In this document: positions 8,851-16,949 of the stretch, piece after piece
How the letters are laid out: every line of letters begins with the position of its first letter
Position numbering within the stretch: position 1 is the first letter of the stretch
Sequence record: NC_070958.1
Length of the DNA: 64,000 nucleotides
Reading direction: 5' to 3' (one strand)
The notes under the pieces: generated by a model
What the model saw: the letters and a program-made list of their open reading frames with translations, nothing else
Databases searched by the model: none
Told to the model about the DNA's origin: nothing
Position numbers and translations under genes: made by a program

Positions 8851-8991
8851 TACACACTCGCCGTTCTTCCTAGTTTCCGTTCCGAACGTTCCACGGTTCA
8901 CCGTCACCATATACTTTATCCATTCGGACGCCATCTGTGGCTATCAAGTACTTAGGTCCATATTGGTTATGTCTGTTGACACCCGTGTGTA
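8851..8991 (-). ncRNA. Candidate structured RNA in the tRNA-Asp/tRNA-Trp spacer
   Basis: Closing helix UACACAC/GUGUGUA enclosing hairpins UGUC/GACA, GCCA/UGGC, ACGG/CCGU, CGUU/AACG. Confidence 0.45.
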
Positions 8992-9017
8992 AACCAGATT
9001 AATCTGGGGTGAAAATA

Positions 9018-9094
9018 TGGCAGGGATAACGGGGCTCGAACCCGCGACCTCCGGCGTGACAGGCCGGCACTCTAACCATCTGAGCTACATCCCT
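9018..9094 (-). tRNA. trnD: tRNA-Asp(GTC)
   Basis: AGGGATGTAGCTCAGATGGTTAGAGTGCCGGCCTGTCACGCCGG...GTTCGAGCC...GCCA. Confidence 0.97.
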
Positions 9095-9098
9095 AAAT

Positions 9099-9174
9099 TG
9101 GCGGTTCCTGCTGGACTTGAACCAGCGACATATGCATTAACAGTGCACCGTTCTACCTACTGAACTAAGGAACC
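9099..9174 (-). tRNA. trnN: tRNA-Asn(GTT)
   Basis: GGTTCCTTAGTTCAGTAGGTAGAACGGTGCACTGTTAATGCAT...GTTCAAGTC...GCCA. Confidence 0.97.
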
Positions 9175-9234
9175 TGAATATGGAGCCGACTAACGGAATC
9201 GAACCGATGACCTACTGATTACAAGTCAGTTGCT

Positions 9235-9333
9235 GGTGCCGGTCCTTCTACGTTGACCGCTCAAAAGAACGCTAGAGAAAAGGGCATCCCTTACTTCACT
9301 GCCAAGGCTACAACGCCAAACAGTATCCTGAAG
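9235..9333 (+). repeat. Exact 99-bp copy of terL 2011-2109
   Basis: ggtgccggtcc...cagtatcctgaag identical at both loci. Confidence 0.97.
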
Positions 9334-9441
9334 CCGCCAGTTTGCCGCCATGAAGGCGAGAATGATCTGAACGATAATACGTTCGATAAAAGCACGAGCC
9401 AAAGTCATAACTCTGTTTCCTTATGATGATAGAGGTAATCA
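9334..9441 (-). repeat. Exact 108-bp inverted copy of 10893-11000
   Basis: Reverse complement reads tgattacctctatcatcataaggaaacagagttatgactttgg...aaactggcgg. Confidence 0.97.
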
Positions 9442-9475
<34 letters not shown>

Positions 9476-9508
9476 GATGTCGTACCAAGGGTACGACGTA
9501 CTGGACTT

Positions 9509-9709
9509 TCAACCAGCATTAAAAGAACCTAAGATCAAACCACGGACATTACCTATGGTTCGACCAATCAAAGTGACTTCGATGCGATCAATAGGCAAAT
9601 AACCATTCGCCAGATCAATCGCTTCCGATAAGTCGACAGCCGCGATAACCACTGCGTCGTACTCGTCATAGTCCCAATCATCGGTTCTTTCAACTTTATA
9701 GATGTTCAT
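9509..9709 (-). CDS. Small phage protein (66 aa), paralog of 34849-35112
   Basis: GGAG upstream of ATG 9709; MNIYKVERTDDWDYDEYDAVVIAA...GLILGSFNAG. Confidence 0.8.
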   Translation of the reverse strand: MNIYKVERTDDWDYDEYDAVVIAAVDLSEAIDLANGYLPIDRIEVTLIGRTIGNVRGLILGSFNAG

Positions 9710-9779
9710 ATCGACAGTCTCCGTTGTTAGCGATTTGGCTTTCCAACGTACTACCAGCAATATCGAACATCTTGCATAA

Positions 9780-9924
9780 CAATGAGTTTCCCAGAGTTTG
9801 ACATTTTCTATCCATCATGGTCCCCGAGACCGGATTTCGGGACGCGCCGGTGCTACTTCGATTCTAGACCGAAGTGTAATGGTGTTTTTTACGATTCGGG
9901 GGTTTCTGTCAAACCACTTCATTG
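9780..9924 (-). ncRNA. Structured RNA motif, copy B of a tandem pair
   Basis: CAAUGAAGUGG...CUCUGGGAAACUCAUUG; same helices and loops as copy A with compensatory changes. Confidence 0.8.
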
Positions 9925-9933
9925 TTTATTTAT

Positions 9934-10072
9934 CAATGAGTTTCCCAGGGTGTAGAGTATTTTATCCGCTGCGGGCAGGCCAGGTGGGTCTTCGGGACGC
10001 ACCCACAGTTGGCTCAAGAGAGCTGCCTTGTGTTTTGGCGACTGGCCTTTATTTCTCTACACTACTTCATTG
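9934..10072 (-). ncRNA. Structured RNA motif, copy A of a tandem pair
   Basis: CAAUGAAGUAG...CCCUGGGAAACUCAUUG; conserved loops AAAACAC and GCGUCCCGAA. Confidence 0.8.
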
Positions 10073-10074
10073 AA

Positions 10075-10350
10075 AGGTGTTAGCTGTTTCTCTCTTGGAC
10101 CCCAGCATCGTCACCAGGATAAAACCTTTGTGTGACAACACTCAATTAACACCTATATCATTGTGACACCTTCTCGGTGTGATACATAGTCGATCACCGC
10201 ATTGGTTAGATCCCTGATGGACGACTGGACGCTGCGTATAGCAGTGTTTGTCTCCTAGGTGGGTATCGCCAGCACCGTGTCGGCTATAGGATGTGATCAC
10301 ACGAGGAAACCAGAGGGATGTCCAACCCTTTTCAGTTACATGTGATCACG
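10075..10350 (-). ncRNA. Candidate structured RNA region immediately 5' of the tandem motif
   Basis: AGGUGUUA/UAACACCU, GUCAC/GUGAC, ACACC-GAGAA-GGUGU, CUGC/GCAG; two GUGAUCAC palindromes; no credible ORF. Confidence 0.5.
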
Positions 10351-10809
10351 AAAGCTGTTGTTAACAAAGTATAATAACTTGTTGTTACTAAATACTTTTC
10401 AATTGGCTCTCTTTGAAAGCTAATAGAAAAGAGGTCTTCACAAACCGTATGGAAGACCTTTGAAAAATGTAAAGGATTAACAATGAAAAATAAACCAACC
10501 ATACACGAAAGCCAACACCAATGACCTTCTATATAAACTCTCTTTGAAGAGCATATATAGAAAGGGGGTAGGAAGACTACCCCGCGGGTAAAAGCAATAA
10601 CCCAAGAACGTGCAGATATTGAAAGCGGGAGCTTTCTTGATAATGACTCTTGGGTGAATCAGTATTAAGAAAGCAAGGGATAAAGCTGCGCACAAAATCC
10701 CTTTGCTTGTATTACGTAGGAGTTTATTCAATGGCTTCGTTTTGACCACTGTCGCGTTCAGTAATCAAAAGGAAGCATTTTTGTACATATAATAACAGAC
10801 ACCCATAAC

Positions 10810-10837
10810 TTTTCAGGTAGATATTATCTACATGAGA
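10810..10837 (+). promoter_or_regulatory. Phage promoter motif
   Basis: TTTTCA-ggtag-ATATTAT-ctac-ATGAGA upstream of 10926. Confidence 0.6.
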
Positions 10838-10925
10838 AACCCGTTGGTATCTTAATTGTATGGTACAACTGTGTGGGATTTCCTACACTATATGATTACC
10901 TCTATCATCATAAGGAAACAGAGTT

Positions 10926-11633
10926 ATGACTTTGGCTCGTGCTTTTATCGAACGTATTATCGTTCAGATCATTCTCGCCTTCATGGCGGCAAACTGGCGG
11001 AAGATGAACGAACACATCGTCATCGCCCGCGCTTCTGGTATTTCCCAAGGGATCAAAACCAAGTACCTGGGCGACTGGGGTCCGATCAGTGTCTGGCTGT
11101 CTCTCGATGGCCGGGCGTGGTCCATTTGCATCGGTACCGCGACCAACTTTATTACTTCCCGACTCACCAACGGTAACTGGGCGTTCAACCGCTCGGTAGT
11201 GGAGAACCTCTACAACCAATTTGAAGAGCGGCGTACCGAACCTCAGTTCGCTGACCTCGATACACTCCGACTCTCTATCGATTCGTTGCTTCTGGAACTT
11301 CCGATCGTTGCCAAGCTGGGTGATCGTATCATGGGTAATACAATCCGGGTTCTTCCCCAGCTCAACATGTCTGGTGAGTACGCCAGGGAATTGTCGAAGT
11401 TGATCTCTGTGGTATTCAATGGTAAAGTCGGTCTCCGCGGCAAACCCTCTGGGGCAATGAGCCTGGGTATCAGCCGTCTCGAACTGGGTGACGGCGTAGT
11501 CACCGGCTCGATGGTCCACCACTTCCGTGACTACTCCATGCCCTGGGAAGGGAATGCAGTGAACCGTGCTGAGGCACGTGACGCTCTGGTCGAGGCGTTT
11601 GTATACGCTATGACCAAACCTGAACTGAAGTAA
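10926..11633 (+). CDS. Hypothetical protein
   Basis: 235-aa ORF, AAGGA upstream, terminator downstream. Confidence 0.8.
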   Translation: MTLARAFIERIIVQIILAFMAANWRKMNEHIVIARASGISQGIKTKYLGDWGPISVWLSLDGRAWSICIGTATNFITSRLTNGNWAFNRSVVENLYNQFEERRTEPQFADLDTLRLSIDSLLLELPIVAKLGDRIMGNTIRVLPQLNMSGEYARELSKLISVVFNGKVGLRGKPSGAMSLGISRLELGDGVVTGSMVHHFRDYSMPWEGNAVNRAEARDALVEAFVYAMTKPELK

Positions 11634-11637
11634 TCGT

Positions 11638-11667
11638 AACGGGGAGATCCTTCGGGGTCTCTCCGTT
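11638..11667 (+). terminator. Stem-loop with TTCG loop
   Basis: aacggggagatcc-ttcg-gggtctctccgtt. Confidence 0.8.
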
Positions 11668-11690
11668 TATGTTTGTTAAGGGGAATATTG

Positions 11691-12401
11691 ATGACTAAAA
11701 ACTATACTGAAGAACAGAAGCTCAGAACTTTGGAACTCGCCGAATTACTCAATTTTGTCCAGCTTGATAATGGCGAGCTTTTCAAAGCGATGTTCGATAA
11801 CATAGTGAATGGAGGGACTAAAGAGTCGCTCATCATTAATGGTTTCGTGATCAAGATGACTCGTGATAAAGGGATCTGGTTCACCTTGATTAATACTGGT
11901 ACACGTCTGGGTGACCGGTGTATTGGTAAAACCGAAACTCTTTTTCATGTGGAGTTCAAGGATGGTAACTTGATTCCTGATTATCTCAGACGTGTCAGGA
12001 AGATACTCAGGGCGACATATTCCTATGTCTATCGTGAGGCTTACAGCGATGCAATGGAAGAGATTCGGAAAATGAAATCTCGTCCTACCATCGGTCAACG
12101 CTTCAGACTGGCTTGGTTGAAAGCAGCACCTATTGATGTAATCTACGCCAAAGGTTATCTCAAAAAGTTGCTGAAGTTTTACGTCTGTTACTCAATGGTC
12201 GAAAACATGGGTAAGCGTTCTATCCCCGCGATAACTGTGTCGAAGCCACGTCCAGAACACTGGGACGAAAACATTTTCGGTATTGCGGGTTTTAATCAAC
12301 CCGGTAATGTACTGACGGATAAGGGTGATCCTAATAAGGGCACCAAACCGTCACCTTTAACTTTGATGGTGAGGTTGTTCGATTCTCACTACGGATTTTA
12401 A
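11691..12401 (+). CDS. Hypothetical protein
   Basis: Long ORF; start placed at ATG 11691 after AAGGGG. Confidence 0.75.
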   Translation: MTKNYTEEQKLRTLELAELLNFVQLDNGELFKAMFDNIVNGGTKESLIINGFVIKMTRDKGIWFTLINTGTRLGDRCIGKTETLFHVEFKDGNLIPDYLRRVRKILRATYSYVYREAYSDAMEEIRKMKSRPTIGQRFRLAWLKAAPIDVIYAKGYLKKLLKFYVCYSMVENMGKRSIPAITVSKPRPEHWDENIFGIAGFNQPGNVLTDKGDPNKGTKPSPLTLMVRLFDSHYGF

Positions 12402-12418
12402 CGCAAGAGGAAATAACA

Positions 12419-13204
12419 ATGGAAACTCTGAACCATAAAGCACTCATTTGGGAACCCAATTTCAATACCTACTGTTTGGGGAGCGTCGATGCTTCTCATA
12501 CTTACTACGAAGATGTGCTCATTGCGGCATTTGTTCGTCATGTACGTAAAGACATCCAGGGTTACAACAAACACATCACCGATCTTCTCAAGTCGCTCAA
12601 TCAACCTAAGGGTGGGTTGGGGATCACCATCTTTGGTGACGATCGGAACTATTTCTCGATCCATCGGGATCGGGTTAATCGTTTCACGCTGGTCTTCAAG
12701 GATAGCTACTTCGAGGAAACTGTCTGGAGACTGGGTAGTAAGGCAGAGCTCTTCAATGAAGAGATCCTGGATACCATTCTCGCTGACAGGGAGATCAATC
12801 TCTTTGAACTTCTGGCGTCGACTAAGGCGTTGTTGACAGCTCGGAACTTCTCTGAAGGTTTCGATCAACTCAAACGCCCTAAGTGGTACAAACGTCTCAA
12901 AGGTGATGTGATCACTCATGAGCTTGAGGGGGCTTCTTGTGGCGGACTCTTCAAGGTAGTGGTGCGTCAGGTCCATCCATTGCTGGATGATACCCAGAAC
13001 GTTATCGAAGTTCACATGAAGCATGATGTCTTCACAGCTTCGACCGATCTCATCAAGGGAGGTAATGCTCGTTACACCTCCTCTCCTATTCTCGGTGAAC
13101 TCACTGAAGAGATCCTCAACCAGACCATAGCTAGGATTCAAGCACCGATGTTGGTGGGAACTCCTTTCTTGTCAGGTCTGGCTGCTGACTTTTATTACGA
13201 TTAA
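12419..13204 (+). CDS. Hypothetical protein
   Basis: 261-aa ORF, GAGG upstream. Confidence 0.8.
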   Translation: METLNHKALIWEPNFNTYCLGSVDASHTYYEDVLIAAFVRHVRKDIQGYNKHITDLLKSLNQPKGGLGITIFGDDRNYFSIHRDRVNRFTLVFKDSYFEETVWRLGSKAELFNEEILDTILADREINLFELLASTKALLTARNFSEGFDQLKRPKWYKRLKGDVITHELEGASCGGLFKVVVRQVHPLLDDTQNVIEVHMKHDVFTASTDLIKGGNARYTSSPILGELTEEILNQTIARIQAPMLVGTPFLSGLAADFYYD

Positions 13205-13211
13205 TTTAAGG

Positions 13212-13227
13212 GGGTCTTCGGACCCCT
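13212..13227 (+). terminator. Stem-loop with TTCG loop and T-tract
   Basis: ggggtc-ttcg-gacccc...ttttttattt. Confidence 0.7.
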
Positions 13228-13431
13228 AATCTTTTTTATTTAACTGGTCATGTTTTTATATGTATAAGAACGAAATTCCATTCTTAGCAGATCCTTAGGG
13301 AATGGGGTAGGGGGCTTTACTCAGTTGACCGGTTAGGTCCAGTTGAAACAATTACTATAAACAGCGTTATGAACGGAGTGAATAACAGCTACTAATCTTT
13401 AATCAGTAGTCTTTATCTTTAAGGAGGGATT

Positions 13432-13782
13432 ATGAGTGAAAAGTATATCACTCCTAAGCAATTAGAAATTATAGAAAAATCTAGATTTCATAAACTCAAT
13501 CAAGAAGACTTGATCAAGTTAGGTTGTAATTACGAAGGGGAATTAGATCTACGAGACATTTCAGTAAGAATGATGGAATGGCGTAAAGAACATAACAATG
13601 AGATACCACCAGGTCATCTCTGGTTAGTTTTTGAAGCTTCCCAAGAAGCACATGTGCAGATTTATTATTCATGCGGTGGGATCAATCCCGATAAACGTAA
13701 ACCGAAAACAACCGCTCCATGGGCGTTGATCATTATGATGGTGCTCTGGTCGATTGGTATGATTATAGGTGGTATGAAATAA
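13432..13782 (+). CDS. Hypothetical protein with C-terminal TM helix
   Basis: AAGGAG upstream; C-terminus WALIIMMVLWSIGMIIGG. Confidence 0.75.
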   Translation: MSEKYITPKQLEIIEKSRFHKLNQEDLIKLGCNYEGELDLRDISVRMMEWRKEHNNEIPPGHLWLVFEASQEAHVQIYYSCGGINPDKRKPKTTAPWALIIMMVLWSIGMIIGGMK

Positions 13783-13792
13783 GGAGAAGGGT

Positions 13793-13900
13793 ATGAAACC
13801 TGAAGAAACTAAAGCTGAAGAATGTCGTGTATTGCTGTGGGCCGGTATCCTGGGTGTTGTCGGTTGTGCAGTGTTTACCTATTTCCGTTGGTTCTATTAG
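13793..13900 (+). CDS. Small membrane peptide (35 aa), not in ORF track
   Basis: AAGGAG upstream; MKPEETKAEECRVLLWAGILGVVGCAVFTYFRWFY fills the gap between genes. Confidence 0.65.
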   Translation: MKPEETKAEECRVLLWAGILGVVGCAVFTYFRWFY

Positions 13901-13908
13901 GAGTTGTT

Positions 13909-14403
13909 ATGAGAATTATTGACACTGCAATATCGCTTCACCTGGCCGCAAAACAATTCGCCAATACCAGGGTTTCTGTTGGTATGTGTGAACTGGATCT
14001 CCGGATGGAATTTCCGGTGAACGAGAATTGCAAAGTTAAGGTCCACTTCTTTAAGGGAAGTGTGGAACGGACAGTTCACGTAGGTATCTACAATGGTGAT
14101 GGCGTGTTGGAAGAAGGTTACAACGAAACAGTGACAATCCTCACTGAACGTGATCTCAAAGCAGTCATCGAAACGGCAATCTGTTCCTGGATGGTTTATA
14201 AGCTCGACTGCATGATCGAGAAAGGGATCCTGAAGAAGAACACGCTCAAACCGTTCGACATTTGTAAGGACCCGATCTACGAAACCATGAAGCGTTGCTA
14301 TGCAGGTCCTGATGACCTGGAAGATCGGATTAATGAATGGAACAAATTGGGGTTGAACAAAACCCTGATGGAGATTCTGGAACTGACACACGACGATGTG
14401 TAA
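13909..14403 (+). CDS. Hypothetical protein
   Basis: Start at ATG 13909 after AGGAG. Confidence 0.75.
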   Translation: MRIIDTAISLHLAAKQFANTRVSVGMCELDLRMEFPVNENCKVKVHFFKGSVERTVHVGIYNGDGVLEEGYNETVTILTERDLKAVIETAICSWMVYKLDCMIEKGILKKNTLKPFDICKDPIYETMKRCYAGPDDLEDRINEWNKLGLNKTLMEILELTHDDV

Positions 14404-14414
14404 GGAGATGTGGT

Positions 14415-14684
14415 TTGCGGACATTAAGAAAAGAAACATCTGATCATATTAAAGCTGGTTTGGATAAGGCCGATCACGGTCACGATTATCACTTCCAGAT
14501 CATGGGACACCAGTGGCGCTTGAAGAAGTGGTTTGGTGAGATCAGACTTTGTAAAGTAGCAACCAACCCATCTGGGATGGAGATCACTTCATTCGCTTGT
14601 TACTCTGGTAAGGGGTACAAGCAGTATCGGGAAAATGTTATTTCCGGTTTCACTAACCATGTAGCACGAATTCAAGGATTCTAA
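14415..14684 (+). CDS. Hypothetical protein
   Basis: In-frame TTG 7 nt after AAGGAG. Confidence 0.6.
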   Translation: MRTLRKETSDHIKAGLDKADHGHDYHFQIMGHQWRLKKWFGEIRLCKVATNPSGMEITSFACYSGKGYKQYRENVISGFTNHVARIQGF

Positions 14685-14685
14685 C

Positions 14686-15225
14686 ATGATGAAAGATATG
14701 AACACTGGGTGGGTCCACGGACTCACCGAATTCGCTGATGCGGTTAAACGCATTCACAGTCGCGTCCACTACTATCCGATTCAGAAGTTTCACGAGTGTG
14801 TAACTGACTTCGGTAGTAAAGTTGTTTTCGACACTTTGATCGGGATCGATCTGATTTTCAAGTACGAGAATCGTAACGATCAGTACTACATCGATGTAAG
14901 CTATCGCTGTGGTCGATCCAAAACTGAGCTCTTCCTCTGTACTGTTCATTGGAAACCGATGTACACCAAGAAGATGATCATGTCGTCCGTAATCAAGGCC
15001 ATGGCAAAGGTCATGTGGGATCGGATGTACGCCCAGAGAACACTCTCGCTCAAAGAGGGTGCTATCGACGTCAGGACGTTGCTTGAAACCCCTGATCTGG
15101 ATAAAGACATCAAGCAAGTGGTGATCATTGAATCCCAAAAGAGATTCACTGATTACTCAATGATGGCACTTCGCTATCACACCGACTTCACCCCACTTTC
15201 CAGTCTGCCGGTGTTTATCGGTTAA
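14686..15225 (+). CDS. Hypothetical protein
   Basis: 179-aa ORF abutting the previous stop. Confidence 0.75.
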   Translation: MMKDMNTGWVHGLTEFADAVKRIHSRVHYYPIQKFHECVTDFGSKVVFDTLIGIDLIFKYENRNDQYYIDVSYRCGRSKTELFLCTVHWKPMYTKKMIMSSVIKAMAKVMWDRMYAQRTLSLKEGAIDVRTLLETPDLDKDIKQVVIIESQKRFTDYSMMALRYHTDFTPLSSLPVFIG

Positions 15226-15231
15226 GGAGAA

Positions 15232-15597
15232 ATGATGGTTAAACGTTTCTTTCAAGTTATCTTTGGGCTTTGTATGCTTTCCATTGGACTGATGTCAGGT
15301 ACCAAGCTGTGGTTCATTTACAAAGATGCGACTGTACCAACCACTTATACCGTTGTCGAGTGTTACTACGATAGCGACTATAAGTGTGACTATCGTAAAC
15401 CGAATGGCCGGTACATGACTGAGACCTATGGTCGTCAAGTCTGGAAAGATGCTAAAGTCCTGGAAGGTAAACAAGTCACGATGACAACTCCAGTTAATGG
15501 CACTGACATTGTCTTGGGAGGTGCCATGGCTATCTTCTTCACGGTGTTAGGTTGCTATTGTATCTATGCCGCTTTCAAGAGAGAAGGTGAATCTTAA
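15232..15597 (+). CDS. Membrane protein (TM - small Cys-pair domain - TM)
   Basis: AAGGAG upstream; hydrophobic N- and C-terminal helices. Confidence 0.75.
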   Translation: MMVKRFFQVIFGLCMLSIGLMSGTKLWFIYKDATVPTTYTVVECYYDSDYKCDYRKPNGRYMTETYGRQVWKDAKVLEGKQVTMTTPVNGTDIVLGGAMAIFFTVLGCYCIYAAFKREGES

Positions 15598-15702
15598 ACT
15601 AGAAATATATATTATGTCTCAAGTTTTCATCTTCTCTTCATTTTCTTCTTAATCTCTTATCTACTGAATCATACTTTTGATTTGGTTTATGGGGGATAAA
15701 GG

Positions 15703-15733
15703 GGGCAATGAAGGTCGAAGGGCAATGAAGGTC
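15703..15733 (+). repeat. Tandem 14-bp direct repeat GGGCAATGAAGGTC, 17-bp period
   Basis: Copies at 15703-15716 and 15720-15733 in a 340-bp non-coding region. Confidence 0.85.
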
Positions 15734-15960
15734 AAGGGATCAAAGACCAAAGAAGAAGGCCGGGCGAAGCCCTATTTATCTTAATTAATAGTGAAACTAG
15801 AAATAGAGATAAAGATAAGGATACTAGAGAGAACTGTTTATAGTGATCGACAGTATGCTTGGAAGGGGGTCCGGGGGAAACCAATTTGAAAACTAATTAC
15901 TAACTCACCTGGGTATATCCTGGGTGGGTTAGGGTTATGTCTGTTGATAAGGAGTATACC

Positions 15961-16287
15961 ATGAGGTATGAAAACTTTAAGGAAATATTAGAAACGTTTC
16001 CTCACTGTTATTACAACAACGATTGTTCGTTGATCATCACGAAGGTTCCGAGAGATATTCCCGGTTACTTCAAACTCGACTTAACCAACAACCAAGAATT
16101 CCGTCACGATATCAGTGGTAGTCACTACATCACTTATTCGTATATCACCGACATGAACGGTGATAAGACCATAGAAGTCTTCTTTGGCGATAATGCTGAT
16201 GAAGATGCGTATTTGACCAAACATAAACATCTGTGCGGTCACCCACAAGAAATCCTGCAATCACTGGAAGAACGGAGAATACCATGA
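15961..16287 (+). CDS. Hypothetical protein
   Basis: AAGGAG upstream of ATG 15961. Confidence 0.7.
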   Translation: MRYENFKEILETFPHCYYNNDCSLIITKVPRDIPGYFKLDLTNNQEFRHDISGSHYITYSYITDMNGDKTIEVFFGDNADEDAYLTKHKHLCGHPQEILQSLEERRIP

Positions 16288-16949
16288 ATGTTAAAAATGC
16301 ATTGATTCAACTGCGTGAGTATACCTATCAGACTCGTCACGCGAATCGTCAACTCCAAGGAGAGGTCGCCGAGTTCTCCATGGATGATCTCCAGCAAGCA
16401 CTTGACAATATCAAAGAAGAACGTGATAACACACTGTTTGGTGTGGCGTGTGGTACGACGACACTCTGGTGGGAAGGTCCACTTTATCTACAGTTGGTGG
16501 CACTTCGAGCTGCTTGGGATAATAACACCATTGGAGTAGATGAACTCTTTAAGGGTGTTAAACTGGTAGCCGACCATCCACTCTTCAAGGAGATGTTGGA
16601 ATGCAAGGTCCCCTTTAATAACAAGAAGATCTTCAATGCAGCTATGTCACGAGACGAAGCCGCAGAGATCATTCTCCATTTGTTCAAGAACGGAAACACT
16701 GATCCCGAACACCACATTCCGTATTTCGATGTACTCCAACAAGACATCCCCGACATGTGCAGACGACTGGGTCTGGGGAAGATGGATTACGAGGAACTGT
16801 GGTCCGAACTCACTTTCCCCACCAGCATGTGCCGGGGAGATTACTACGTTAACTGCGCACTGCCCGTATTGGAATTCATGAAGCGTAAACAACTTCGTGA
16901 AGTCATCGCTGCATCCAAAGGTCAAACTTTCACTCAAGAGGAACTGTAA
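16284..16949 (+). CDS. Hypothetical protein
   Basis: GGAG upstream; ATGA overlap with the previous gene. Confidence 0.75.
   Translation: MNVKNALIQLREYTYQTRHANRQLQGEVAEFSMDDLQQALDNIKEERDNTLFGVACGTTTLWWEGPLYLQLVALRAAWDNNTIGVDELFKGVKLVADHPLFKEMLECKVPFNNKKIFNAAMSRDEAAEIILHLFKNGNTDPEHHIPYFDVLQQDIPDMCRRLGLGKMDYEELWSELTFPTSMCRGDYYVNCALPVLEFMKRKQLREVIAASKGQTFTQEEL

Noticed and set aside
9226-9408. 60-aa ORF MTLARAFIER...LQDTVWRC
   Set aside because: A by-product of the chimeric insert (start of gene 10926 fused to antisense terL), not an independent gene.
9835-10000. GGGACGC on the + strand resembling the c-di-GMP-I riboswitch
   Set aside because: The flanking GCAAAC/GAAA tetraloop-receptor elements are absent; A-rich loops and neighbouring genes indicate the minus strand.
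10477-10749. 90-aa hydrophobic minus-strand ORF
   Set aside because: AT-rich, no RBS, weak GTG start; cannot be supported, though not excluded.
14408-14443. 11-codon ORF directly after AAGGAG
   Set aside because: RBS-to-ATG spacing is zero; the TTG at 14415 has proper spacing and opens the full gene.
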